The translations under genes were made by a program, and so were the position numbers. Below the pieces are notes generated by a model. The model saw nothing but the letters and a program-made list of their open reading frames with translations, was not told the DNA's origin and did no database searches. Shown here piece by piece: positions 28,299 through 38,012 of a stretch of 64,000 bases of DNA; the first letter of the stretch is position 1, and each line of letters starts with the position of its first letter. This DNA is from a bacterium (lineage in GTDB: Bacteria; UBA8248): NCBI GenBank assembly GCA_963692865.2, contig OY843592.1, positions 320,001 through 384,000 on the forward strand. Direction: 5' to 3'.

Positions 28299-29225
28299 AT
28301 GGAGGGTGTGGAATTGAGTGAGAGAATCGCCTACGTCAAGGGCCGGTTCGTGCCGGAATCAGAAGCGACCGTGTCCATCCTGGATCGCGGCTTCCTCTAC
28401 GGCGATGGCGTGTACGACGCATCGCGCACCTTCGGCGGCCAGCCCTGGCGCCTGAGGGCGCACATCGACAGGCTCTATCTTTCATGCCGCTACGCGCGGC
28501 TCGACCCCGGCATGAACGCGGACGAGATGGAAGCCCTCACCATGGATCTCATCGAGCGAAACCGCGGCGTATACGCCGAGGGAGAGGAATTCCGCATCAA
28601 CCACTGGGTGACGCGCGGCGGCGGCATCAGTTCCGCCGCCACCCACACGCACGGGGCGCACACGGTGGTCATCTTCACCCTGCCGATGGACTATTCGCGC
28701 TACGCCCACGGCTACAGGGAAGGCGTGCCCTCGGTCGTCACCGGCGTGCGGCGCATTCCGCCCGAATGTCTCGAACCGCGCGCCAAGGTAGGCAACAAGA
28801 TGAACCACGTGCAGGCCGACTTCCAGGCCGCCGAGGCGGGCGCGTGGCCCATCATGCTCGACATCCACGGCTTCGTGGCCGAGGGGTCGGGCTACAACTG
28901 CTTCTTCGTGAGAGACGGCGAAATCCTCACTCCGACGGATCACAACTGCCTGGTCGGCGTCACGCGCACCCACGTCATCGACATGGCGAAGGAACTCGGC
29001 ATCCCGGTTCGCGAAGCCAACCTGACGCGCTACGACCTGCTGATCGCGGACGAGGCCTTCCATACCGGGAACAGCATCTGCATCCTCCCGGTCTCCTCCA
29101 TCGACGGAACCCGGATGGCGCACGGCGCTCCCGGCCCCGTCACCAAGCGCCTCATGGACCTGTGGGCGAGCCAGGTGGGCTGCGACTGGGCCGCGAAATC
29201 CCTCGCCGCCATAGAGGCCAGTTGA
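28299..29225 (+). CDS. Aminotransferase class IV (BCAT/D-amino acid aminotransferase-like)
   Basis: DRGFLYGDGVY, HIDRL, AK PLP lysine, EGSGYN, LVGVTR, ADEAF, PGPVT. Confidence 0.92.
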   Translation: MEGVELSERIAYVKGRFVPESEATVSILDRGFLYGDGVYDASRTFGGQPWRLRAHIDRLYLSCRYARLDPGMNADEMEALTMDLIERNRGVYAEGEEFRINHWVTRGGGISSAATHTHGAHTVVIFTLPMDYSRYAHGYREGVPSVVTGVRRIPPECLEPRAKVGNKMNHVQADFQAAEAGAWPIMLDIHGFVAEGSGYNCFFVRDGEILTPTDHNCLVGVTRTHVIDMAKELGIPVREANLTRYDLLIADEAFHTGNSICILPVSSIDGTRMAHGAPGPVTKRLMDLWASQVGCDWAAKSLAAIEAS

Positions 29226-29825
29226 AAAAGCCCTCGCCGGGGGTGTCGCTTCTATCCCCTGAGGAGGGGGCAAGGGGGCTTTTTCTACAACCACATACAT
29301 GCGCACCTTTGCTCTTGATCGTCATTCCGGCGAAAGCCGGAATCCATTTGCGGGCGCGGGTGAATACACGACGGCGTTTCACTCCCCCGCCGATGCGCGG
29401 GAACCCGGACGAAAAGCAAAAGGCGTAAAAATGGATTCCGGCTTTCGCCGGAATGACGGCAAAACCTCTCACATCAAGGTTTTTCAAGAGACCCCATAGA
29501 GGGAGAGTGGTTGTTGAGTGCTCTACAATGGGAGAGTGTTGTCTCCTCTCTTATCCCGGTCGGCTCCAAACCACCGTCCCGAACGGGCTTTGCAGAACCC
29601 CTGAAGCCCTCATCCTGAGTAGGCGCGCAAGCGCCGTATCGAAGGATGGGGGACATCTCCCCGGCGCGAGGCGTGATGATCCCGTAGGGACAGGCCTCCG
29701 TGCCTGTCCTTATTGTAACCATCCTGCAATAGGACAACCACGGAGGGTTGTCCCTACGGTGAACAATTCGATGTTCGGGATTCCCTCCTCCCTTGAGGGT
29801 TTTCAACAGACCCTATAGAGGGAGT
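29217..29825. repeat. Mosaic repeat region (short TIR element, family B REP doublet 29321-29457, CCTCATCCTGAG and GTAGGG REPs, further right TIR ends)
   Basis: Sequence blocks shared with the 23091, 58265 and 61667 repeats. Confidence 0.8.
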
Positions 29826-29883
29826 AAACAAGACACTCCGCTTCCATGCAGGATGGACAAGAAACGGAGCCTGCGAGTAGAGC

Positions 29884-31287
29884 CTATCGCCTCCCCCCGA
29901 AACCGGCCGAGAGGTCGGAGCGTTCGAGAACGCCGCCCATCCCCTCGTGCCTCGCGCCGAAGAACGCGCCCGTGACGACCCCTTCGTCTCCACCCGAACG
30001 GGAGAAGGCGTTGCCGCGCACTTCGACCGCGTAGCCGAGGCCGCCGTCCCCCCATCTCGCGCCGCCGTCGAACTGCATGTCGGTGAAGTCGAGTTGTCCG
30101 TCCAAATCCTCCAGAGCGACCGAAAGAAGAGAATCGCCGACGACCACCTCGCCTGACGGCGTCATACCCAGCAGCGCGCCGCTCCAGGCGGCGGTCCCGG
30201 ACAACGCCGCGTTTTGCGCCAGAGCCATCGGCGGCCCAGGCCCCGTGGCCCAGGGTTGCGCCAGGCCGTTCCTGAAAGCGGCGCCGAAGGAAACCGCCCC
30301 GCCCGGAATGCCCAGATCGCCTCGAACGTGCGACGACGCCTCATCCCAGGGGGCCAAACTCTCCGCCGATATTTCTTCGGGCTGCGCGCCGGGCCGGAAC
30401 CTGCCGTACGCCGCGAGCAGCGCCTCCCGGTCTATCAGGGAGAAGAGGAACGGGGGCAGGTTCGCCGGGATATTGGGATTGAGAGTCGCGTCCGGGAAGC
30501 GCTTCGGATCGGTATGGTTGGCGAAACCCAGGGCGTGGAGCAGTTCGTGAACGAGGACGTAGACGGTTTTTTCCTCGGAGAAATACCGGACCTCTCCGGT
30601 GTCGATCAATATATGGGCGGAGTCGGCTTCCAAGATGTCGTTTCGCCGCGTCCGGGAGTTGAACCTGGAGAGCGTTTGCAATTGCGTACTGCCGACCGCC
30701 CTCTCGCCCGCAACGCTCCCCGCCGGCCATCGGGACTGCGGAATGAATTCGATATGGATGCCGCCGCGCGGCACGTCTTCGACGTCCACCGGATCCGGAG
30801 CGGGAGAATCATAGAATGAAACGCGCTTGTCGGGAGGCAAGGCGGCGTTGACGATTTGGACGGCGCGCACCGCATGGCCGGCGTACGTCTCGTTCGTCCC
30901 CTCGACGACGCGGACGGTCGGCGGACGAGAGAACGTCGCGAGTCCCGCGGCGTCGGGATAAGTCGCCATCAGCCGCAGATACGCGATGACGTCTGCGGCG
31001 GCGGCGCCGCCCTTCACCGACCCCTTCGAGACCGACGCCCCGTTGCGTGCTCCCGCCGGTTCGAGTTCTCCGGGCGGAGGCGCGGCGGCCATCCCGATAT
31101 GCGCGGCGCCGCCGAAATCGAAAACGGGCGCCTGCGCCGCCCGGGCGGGGGGTGGCGGCCCGGCCGGGGGCGTCGCCGCGGGCGGGGCGGGCGGTGGCCC
31201 GGCGGCGCCTCCCCCGCTCCCGCCGCCGCAACCGTGCAGCGACATGACGATGAGAACGATCGCGCAGAAGATTCCCGAGGGTTTCAT
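29884..31287 (-). CDS. Predicted lipoprotein with zinc-metallopeptidase motif and C-terminal transferrin-binding-like beta-barrel
   Basis: Lipobox LHGC followed by a G/P-rich linker; HELLHALGFANH; C-terminal VTGAFFG...GGVL...AGFGG. Confidence 0.7.
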   Translation of the reverse strand: MKPSGIFCAIVLIVMSLHGCGGGSGGGAAGPPPAPPAATPPAGPPPPARAAQAPVFDFGGAAHIGMAAAPPPGELEPAGARNGASVSKGSVKGGAAAADVIAYLRLMATYPDAAGLATFSRPPTVRVVEGTNETYAGHAVRAVQIVNAALPPDKRVSFYDSPAPDPVDVEDVPRGGIHIEFIPQSRWPAGSVAGERAVGSTQLQTLSRFNSRTRRNDILEADSAHILIDTGEVRYFSEEKTVYVLVHELLHALGFANHTDPKRFPDATLNPNIPANLPPFLFSLIDREALLAAYGRFRPGAQPEEISAESLAPWDEASSHVRGDLGIPGGAVSFGAAFRNGLAQPWATGPGPPMALAQNAALSGTAAWSGALLGMTPSGEVVVGDSLLSVALEDLDGQLDFTDMQFDGGARWGDGGLGYAVEVRGNAFSRSGGDEGVVTGAFFGARHEGMGGVLERSDLSAGFGGRR

Positions 31288-31421
31288 TTCCATCCCTTTC
31301 CGAGGGCCGAACAACCCCCCCCCCCGGCTTTCACGCAACATCGGTCGGACGGCTAACACTACACGGAGTTTACGGCGCATTTTCATCCATGCCCATTGTA
31401 TATAATTCCGCCGCTGCGCCG

Positions 31422-31457
31422 TAGTCATTTCTCCGCAATCCCGATATATTGTCCGCC
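31422..31457 (+). promoter_or_regulatory. Duplicated promoter-like segment, copy 1
   Basis: TAGTCA-17-TATATT; 23-bp core GCAATCCCGATATATTGTCCGCC identical to 32954-32976. Confidence 0.6.
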
Positions 31458-31520
31458 ATCGATCATACATGTTCGCGCCCTCGGCGGCGCGCGCGGAGAT
31501 TCTCCCGGGAGGAGGTTCGC

Positions 31521-32807
31521 ATGAAGGCCACGGCGTCGAAAGCGAACGTGATTCCACCTCCATGCGGCGCGGCCCGCATGATCCGTCTGATCCGCTTTTT
31601 GGCGATCTTGATGGCCGCCGCGTACGGCGGCCTCGCCGGGGCTGCGCTTGCGCACGCCGCCCCGCTGAAGCTCGGTCTGCTGATGAACTACAGCAGCGGC
31701 TCCAAAGAGGTGTACAGGGACAGGCAGCGCGCCTTCGAGCTCGCCGCCAAACACGTCAACCAGGGCGGCGGCGTGCTCGGCCGGCCCGTGGAGTTCGCCG
31801 TCGGGGACACCACGTCGGACCCGGAAAAGGCGGTCGAGCAGGCGCGGCGTCTCATAGAAATCGAGCGCGTCCACGCCATCGTCGGCCCCAATTCCAGCGC
31901 CAACGCCCTGCCCGTGGCGGAGCGCGTCATCGGCCCGGCGGGGGTGCCCACGATCAGTTTCTCGGCCTCCTCGCCCAAACTGACGAAAGCGGCCGACCGC
32001 GGCTTCTTTTTTCGAACCGTCCTCTCCGACGTCGCGCAGGGCCCCGTCCTCGCCCGCATCACGCGCGAACGGGGCGGCGGCAACGTCGGGATGCTCTACG
32101 TCGACGACGCATGGGGAAGAGGACTCGCCGCCTCCTTCATGGCCGCGTGGAAGGGGAAGCTCAAGGCGGTTGCGTTTTCCCGGGGCCGGAGCAGCTTCGT
32201 CGACGCTCTGCGCGAATCCGCAAGCGAGGGCGCGAAGGCCCTGGTCGTGATCGCTTTCGAGACGGACGCCGAAACCATGGTGCAAGAGGCGCTCGCGCAG
32301 GGCATCTACCGCACCTTCACGTTCGGCGACGCCGCCAAGCGTCCGTATCTGGTCCGCTCTATCGGGGGAGACCGGCTCGGCGGCATGTACGGTTCCGGCG
32401 GCGGACTGGCGACCACGGCCCGGACCGCCTCCTCACGCGCGTGGGACGCCGCCTACGTCGCCGAATACGGTTCCCTGCCCGTGTTCGCCTACGTCCGGGA
32501 GACCTATGACGCCACCGTCGCTCTGGCCCTGGCGGCCCAGGCGGCCGGCAGTCTGGACGGCGCCGCCATCCGCGACCGGTTGCGCGCCGTCGGAGCGGGC
32601 CCGGGCATCGTCGTGACCGCAGGCCCGCGGGGCGTCGCCGACGCTCTCCGCATTCTCGCCGGAGGCGGAGAGGTCGATTACGAAGGGGCGGCCACGTCGC
32701 TGGACTGGGACGAGAACGGCGACCTGCGCCGGGGCCACGTCGGCATCTGGCGTTTCACGCCGGACGAGCGGGTCGAAACGGTCGGCGCGGAGCCGTATGA
32801 ACGATAG
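31521..32807 (+). CDS. Branched-chain amino acid type ABC substrate-binding protein
   Basis: Signal peptide; VNQGGGVLGRP, AIVGPNSS, FFRTVLSD, YDA motifs; GGAGG RBS (alternative start 31578). Confidence 0.88.
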   Translation: MKATASKANVIPPPCGAARMIRLIRFLAILMAAAYGGLAGAALAHAAPLKLGLLMNYSSGSKEVYRDRQRAFELAAKHVNQGGGVLGRPVEFAVGDTTSDPEKAVEQARRLIEIERVHAIVGPNSSANALPVAERVIGPAGVPTISFSASSPKLTKAADRGFFFRTVLSDVAQGPVLARITRERGGGNVGMLYVDDAWGRGLAASFMAAWKGKLKAVAFSRGRSSFVDALRESASEGAKALVVIAFETDAETMVQEALAQGIYRTFTFGDAAKRPYLVRSIGGDRLGGMYGSGGGLATTARTASSRAWDAAYVAEYGSLPVFAYVRETYDATVALALAAQAAGSLDGAAIRDRLRAVGAGPGIVVTAGPRGVADALRILAGGGEVDYEGAATSLDWDENGDLRRGHVGIWRFTPDERVETVGAEPYER

Positions 32808-32940
32808 GTCCGCCCCGCGATGCGGACTTCGCCGTTCCTCGTGCAACGAACCCTCCCGCGATCTCGTTTCCGCGGGACCGGCGGCGGGTCAACCAAAATT
32901 CGGGCGCTTCGATTCCCCCGCCGCCCCCGCGCCTTCCCTG

Positions 32941-32976
32941 TGGCCATTTGCCTGCAATCCCGATATATTGTCCGCC
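32941..32976 (+). promoter_or_regulatory. Duplicated promoter-like segment, copy 2
   Basis: TGGCCA-17-TATATT; identical 23-bp core. Confidence 0.6.
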
Positions 32977-33034
32977 GTCAACCACACATGAATGCGCTTC
33001 GCATCGTGCGGAGGTTTCCGGGAAGGAGACTCTC

Positions 33035-34069
33035 ATGAAAGCCATGGTTTTGAGGGAAAAAGGAGCGCCCTTTTCATTTGAAGACGTGCCCGACCCCGCG
33101 CCCGGAGAGGGCGAAGCCGTGGCGCGCGTCATCGCCTGCGGCTCGGGCCTCACGATTCACCACGCGCGCGCGGGCCGCGCGGAGATCGATTACCCCATGA
33201 TCATCGGCCACGAGGTGGTGGGCGAGATCGTCGAAACGGGCGGCGGGGTATCGAACGTGCGGGCGGGCGACGTCGTCACCTTCCACTGCTATCTCACGTG
33301 CGGGCACTGCCGCTGGTGCCGGGTGAACAGGGAACCGATATGCGACAACATGGCCGGCTTCGTCGGAAGACACCGAGACGGCGGCTACGCCGAATACATC
33401 AACCTCCCCGCGCGGAACTACGTCCACATACCCGACGGCCTGGACTACAAGGCCCACCCCGCCGAGGCGGCCGTCATCTGCGACGCGATCGTCACCCCCT
33501 ACAAAGTGCTGCGCCGCGCGCGGATCGAACCGATGGAGACCGTCGCCGTCATCGGGGCGGGCGGCGGCGTGGGGATCCACATGGTCATGCTCGCCCGCTG
33601 GGCGAACGCGCGCGTCATCGCCGTGGACGTCTCAGAACAAAAACTGGCCCAGTGCAAAGAACTCGGGGCGGAGGCCACCGTGGACGCCTCGAAAGAGAAC
33701 GTGACCGAAGCGCTGCTCGAACTCACCGGGGGCTTGGGCGTGAACGTGGCTATCGATTTCGTCTCCCAGGACACCACGCTCGAAGCCGCCGCCGAAGCTC
33801 TCGATATGGGAGGCCGCCTGGTGACGCTGGGCGGCTTCACGCCCAAGCCGTTTCGCCTCTCCGCCGGGAGCCTCCTGAACGGGGAGCTCGAGGTCATGGG
33901 CAGCCGCTCGTTCACCAAACAGGAGATCATCGAATCACTCGATCTTTGCGCGCGCGGAGACGTCTGGCCGCTGGTCACGGAAACCTACCGGCTCGAAGAA
34001 GCCGAAAAAGTGCACGAACGCCTCGAAGCGGGCGCGATTACGGGCCGCGCGGCGATCGTGATGGACTGA
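33035..34069 (+). CDS. Zinc-dependent alcohol dehydrogenase
   Basis: CGS, GHEVVG, CGHCRWC..C structural Zn, GAGGGVG. Confidence 0.92.
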   Translation: MKAMVLREKGAPFSFEDVPDPAPGEGEAVARVIACGSGLTIHHARAGRAEIDYPMIIGHEVVGEIVETGGGVSNVRAGDVVTFHCYLTCGHCRWCRVNREPICDNMAGFVGRHRDGGYAEYINLPARNYVHIPDGLDYKAHPAEAAVICDAIVTPYKVLRRARIEPMETVAVIGAGGGVGIHMVMLARWANARVIAVDVSEQKLAQCKELGAEATVDASKENVTEALLELTGGLGVNVAIDFVSQDTTLEAAAEALDMGGRLVTLGGFTPKPFRLSAGSLLNGELEVMGSRSFTKQEIIESLDLCARGDVWPLVTETYRLEEAEKVHERLEAGAITGRAAIVMD

Positions 34070-34099
34070 ACGAATTTTCTCTTAACCTCAAGGCGAACG

Positions 34100-35275
34100 A
34101 TGGATTTCACCCTCACCGAAAAACAGCTCGAACTGCAAAAGCTGGCGCACGATTACGCCAGAGATGAACTCAAACCCCATGTGCGCGAACGCGAGCGGAT
34201 TACGGACCCTGCCGAGCGATTCCCCTGGGATATTCTCGAGACCGGGAGCAGGCTGGGTTTAAGGACGCTCTCCATCTCGGAGGAGAGAGGCGGCGGCGGG
34301 GCCGACATTCTCACGCTCTGCATCGTGGGCGAGGAGATCGGCTGGGGGGATCTGGGCGTGGCCGTCACCTTCGACCAGACCTGGAAGGTCATTCATTTCC
34401 TGGACATCGTCTGGAACGAGGAACAGCGCGCGAAATTCCTGCCCGCGTTCCTTGAGGATCACCGCTTCCACCTCGCCGTCGGGATGACGGAGCCGGAGGT
34501 GGGTTCCGAGAACTTCATCCCCGAAGAAGGCCCCGACCGCGGCGTCCGCACGAGCGCAGTGCGAGACGGTGAGGACTGGATCATCAATGGAAAGAAGCAC
34601 TACATCAGCAACGGGGGTATCGCCAGGCTCTACGTGCTCGTCTGCCGCACAGACCCCACTGTCGGCGTCTCCAAGGGCGTGACCTACTTCATGGTGACGC
34701 CGGATATGGCGGGGTTTTCCATCGGAAAAATCCACGAGAAGATGGGCCAGCAGCTTTCCCAGAACGCTGAACTCATCTTCGAGAACTGCCGCGTATCGGA
34801 CGATTACCGCGTCACGGCGGTAGGCGGGGGCGTGGCGGCCCGCTCCGGTCCTTTCTCGCGCGGTTCGGTCATCGAATCCGCCGCCACGAACCTGGGACCC
34901 GCCCGCGCCGCCTATGAAGACGCGCTCGAATACGCCAAAACGAGAATCCAGGGCGGAAAACCCATCATCGAACACCAGGGCGTGGGCTTCATGCTGGCGG
35001 ACTGCTTCGTCGAGTACGAGGCATCACGCCGGATGCTCCACTACGCCGCCTGGCGGGCGATGCGCGATGGCTACGACCCCAAGCTCGGCTATATGGCCAA
35101 GGCGTACACATCGGAGGCCGGTTTCCGCATCGCCACGCGCGCGCTCGAGGTCTGGGGCGGAACGGGCTACATGACGGACGCGCCGATGGAGAAATACCTG
35201 CGCGACGTCATCAGCTTCCTCCACTCGGCGGGCACCAACCAGGCGCAGCGAATCCGCGCCATGAAGTATTTTTAG
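34100..35275 (+). CDS. Acyl-CoA dehydrogenase family protein
   Basis: MTEPEVGS, INGKKHYISNG, RIQGGKPIIEHQ, WGGTGYM. Confidence 0.92.
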   Translation: MDFTLTEKQLELQKLAHDYARDELKPHVRERERITDPAERFPWDILETGSRLGLRTLSISEERGGGGADILTLCIVGEEIGWGDLGVAVTFDQTWKVIHFLDIVWNEEQRAKFLPAFLEDHRFHLAVGMTEPEVGSENFIPEEGPDRGVRTSAVRDGEDWIINGKKHYISNGGIARLYVLVCRTDPTVGVSKGVTYFMVTPDMAGFSIGKIHEKMGQQLSQNAELIFENCRVSDDYRVTAVGGGVAARSGPFSRGSVIESAATNLGPARAAYEDALEYAKTRIQGGKPIIEHQGVGFMLADCFVEYEASRRMLHYAAWRAMRDGYDPKLGYMAKAYTSEAGFRIATRALEVWGGTGYMTDAPMEKYLRDVISFLHSAGTNQAQRIRAMKYF

Positions 35276-35346
35276 TCACCGAACGCATGTATTCGTCTCG
35301 ATTCCCATTCTCTTGAGGGCGCAAGCCCCGAAAGGCCAGGTGCAGC

Positions 35347-36384
35347 ATGAACAAGAAGATCGCCGTACTGGGCGCAGGCGCCATCGGCGGCAGCGTGGCC
35401 GCCGACCTGACCGACGCAGGCCTCGACGTCACCGTCATCGACCAATGGCCCGAACACGTGGAGGTAATGCGAAAAGACGGCTTACACGTCCAGATGCCGG
35501 ATCTGGATCTCAAAACGCCGCCCTTGCGCGCGCACCATCTGTGCGAACTCGCCTCGCTAAGGACGACCTTCGACATCGTCCTCCTGATCGTCAAATCCTA
35601 CGACACGCGCTGGATGTGCGAACTCATCAAGCCCTACCTCAAGAGCGGCGGGGTATTCGTCGGGGCGCAGAACAGCATGAACAACGACATGATCGCGTCG
35701 GTCATCGGGCGCGAGCGCGTGGTGGGCTGCTGCGTGGAGCTCTCGGCGGAGATATTCACGCCCGGCTTCATCCAGCGGAACACCCCGCGCAAGGGTACCT
35801 GGTTCGCCGTGGGGGAACTGGACGGCTCGGTAACCCCGCGCGCGGAGGAGGTTCGCGACATCTTCGCGCACGTCGCCGTCACCGAACTGAGCACGAACAT
35901 CGAGGGCACCAAGTGGACGAAGCTCATCGCCAACTGCATGACGATGGGGCCTTTCGGGCTGCTGGGACTCAAGAACGCGGAGACCCGCGAGCTTCCGGGC
36001 GTGATCGATCTCTCGGTCGGACTCGGCAAAGAGGCGATGGCGGTGGGCGAGGCGCTGGGCTACGGGGTGGAGCCCGTGTTCGGCCTCTCCTCGGATGATT
36101 TCGCGGGTTCTGACGATCAGGTGCTCGTGACGGCCATGAAGACGCTGCTCGGCCACGTGGGGCCTCGTTCGCGCACCGCGCCGATTCAGGACCACATCAA
36201 GGGCCGGAAGAGCGAGATGGAATACATCAACGGACTCGTCTCGCGCCGGGCGAGAGAACTCGGCATACCCACCCCGTTCAACGACGCGGTGACCGAGATC
36301 GCGCGGATGATAGACGACGGCGAAATCGAGATGGGCCGCCCGAACTACGAGCTTCTCCAGGCGAAAATCGCCGAACTGGTCTAG
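35347..36384 (+). CDS. Ketopantoate reductase (ApbA/PanE) family protein
   Basis: GAGAIGG, VKSYD, QN, WTKLIAN, SEMEYING, PTPFN. Confidence 0.88.
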   Translation: MNKKIAVLGAGAIGGSVAADLTDAGLDVTVIDQWPEHVEVMRKDGLHVQMPDLDLKTPPLRAHHLCELASLRTTFDIVLLIVKSYDTRWMCELIKPYLKSGGVFVGAQNSMNNDMIASVIGRERVVGCCVELSAEIFTPGFIQRNTPRKGTWFAVGELDGSVTPRAEEVRDIFAHVAVTELSTNIEGTKWTKLIANCMTMGPFGLLGLKNAETRELPGVIDLSVGLGKEAMAVGEALGYGVEPVFGLSSDDFAGSDDQVLVTAMKTLLGHVGPRSRTAPIQDHIKGRKSEMEYINGLVSRRARELGIPTPFNDAVTEIARMIDDGEIEMGRPNYELLQAKIAELV

Positions 36385-36413
36385 TCCGTAGGCCTGTCGC
36401 CGAAATACAGAGG

Positions 36414-36788
36414 ATGCCCGCCATGCCCTTTTACCACTGGGACGATATGAAAAAGCGCAACATCGTCTCCACCACGGATTCCGAAGGCAGCATGATTCTC
36501 GGCGCATCCACCACCCTGACGCGCCAGGAGCAGCCGCCCGGCAAGGCGACGCGCCCGCACAGCCACGGCTGCGAGCAGATAATCCACATACTGGAAGGCA
36601 CGGGCTGGTTCCGCGTCGGGGATGAAGAGAAGACATTGGGCGCGGGCGAGGTGGTCCACATACCCCTGGGCGTGGAGCATGAACTCGAAAATCCGGGACC
36701 CGGCGTTCTCGTCTATCTTTCGTTCAAGAACAGATCCCAAGACTGGCCGCCGCGAGAAGCGCTCGCAAGCGAAGCGGAGGGGGTCTGA
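36414..36788 (+). CDS. Cupin domain protein
   Basis: PHSH.CEQ...ILEG, GEVVHIPLGVEH. Confidence 0.9.
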   Translation: MPAMPFYHWDDMKKRNIVSTTDSEGSMILGASTTLTRQEQPPGKATRPHSHGCEQIIHILEGTGWFRVGDEEKTLGAGEVVHIPLGVEHELENPGPGVLVYLSFKNRSQDWPPREALASEAEGV

Positions 36789-36835
36789 CCCGCAGAGCCG
36801 GACCGGATGAAAATTTCCATAAGGAGACAGCAGCC

Positions 36836-37990
36836 ATGATCGATCCTTTCCGCATGTCCGCCGTGCCGCGCGTGCGCTTCGGCAGAGGCGAGGCCGCCTC
36901 CATCGGGGATGAGGCGAAGAGACTGAACATGACGCGCCCCATGCTGCTCGCGGACCCCGGCCTTTCGGGCGCGGGCGTGCTCGCTCCCGTGACGGATGGC
37001 CTCGATGCGGCGGGCGTCGAATACCGGCTGTATGAAGACGTGGAGCCCAACCCGTCGGACCCGAGCATCACGCGCGCGCAGGCGTTTTACGAGGCGAACG
37101 ATTGCGGCGGAATCATCGCCGCGGGCGGGGGAAGCGCCATCGACACCGCCAAGGCGATGGGGGCGCTCTTAACGAACGGCGGGAAGATTAGCGACTATTA
37201 CGGCGCGGACAAGGTGGAAAAATCCATTCCGCCCTTCATCACGGCCCCGACCACGGCGGGCACGGGCAGCGAGGTGACGCGCGCCTCCATCATCACCGAC
37301 ATCGAACGCGGAACCAAATCGAGCATCCACTCGGACGCGCTCTACGCCGACGCGGCGGTGGTGGATTCCTCCCTTCTGGCAACGCTGCCCAAATTCTTCG
37401 CCGCGGGCGCGCTGATGGACGCCCTCACCCACGCGGTGGAATCGCTAGGCTCCCCGCGCGCGAACCCCTGGACCCAGGCGCTCTGCTTCGAGGCGGTCGG
37501 GTTGATCGGCCGGAACGCGCGGCGCTTCGTCGCCGACCCCTCAGACCCCGACGCCGCAGACCCTCTGGCGCTGGCGGCGTGCCTCGCGGGCGCTTCTTTC
37601 ACGAATACCGGCCTCGGCATCGTGCACGGACTCACGCACCCGGTCTTCAACTTCTTCGGCGGCCACCACGGCACCACCAACGGAATCCTCCTCGCCCCCG
37701 TGATGCGCTTCAACCTGCCCGCCATGCGCGATACCTACGCCCGGCTGGCCCCGCTTCTGGCGAACCCCGAGGAGGGAGCGGACGATACGCAGGACGCGGA
37801 ACTCAGCATCCAGCGCGTCCGCGCCCTGGCAAACGACATCGATATCCCCGGATCGCTCGCGGCCATCGGCGCCAAGGAGGAGTACCTCGACCGCATGGCG
37901 CACGAGGCGGCCGCCAGCACAACGGTGGCGACGAACCCCGTGCCCGCCATTGCTGAGGACATGAAGCGGATTTATCTGGAGTTGATGTGA
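36836..37990 (+). CDS. Iron-containing alcohol dehydrogenase
   Basis: GGGSAID, PTTAGTGSE, DALTHAVE, HGLTH, HG. Confidence 0.93.
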   Translation: MIDPFRMSAVPRVRFGRGEAASIGDEAKRLNMTRPMLLADPGLSGAGVLAPVTDGLDAAGVEYRLYEDVEPNPSDPSITRAQAFYEANDCGGIIAAGGGSAIDTAKAMGALLTNGGKISDYYGADKVEKSIPPFITAPTTAGTGSEVTRASIITDIERGTKSSIHSDALYADAAVVDSSLLATLPKFFAAGALMDALTHAVESLGSPRANPWTQALCFEAVGLIGRNARRFVADPSDPDAADPLALAACLAGASFTNTGLGIVHGLTHPVFNFFGGHHGTTNGILLAPVMRFNLPAMRDTYARLAPLLANPEEGADDTQDAELSIQRVRALANDIDIPGSLAAIGAKEEYLDRMAHEAAASTTVATNPVPAIAEDMKRIYLELM

Positions 37991-38012
37991 GGGGATAAAG
38001 CGGCCTGCGGCG

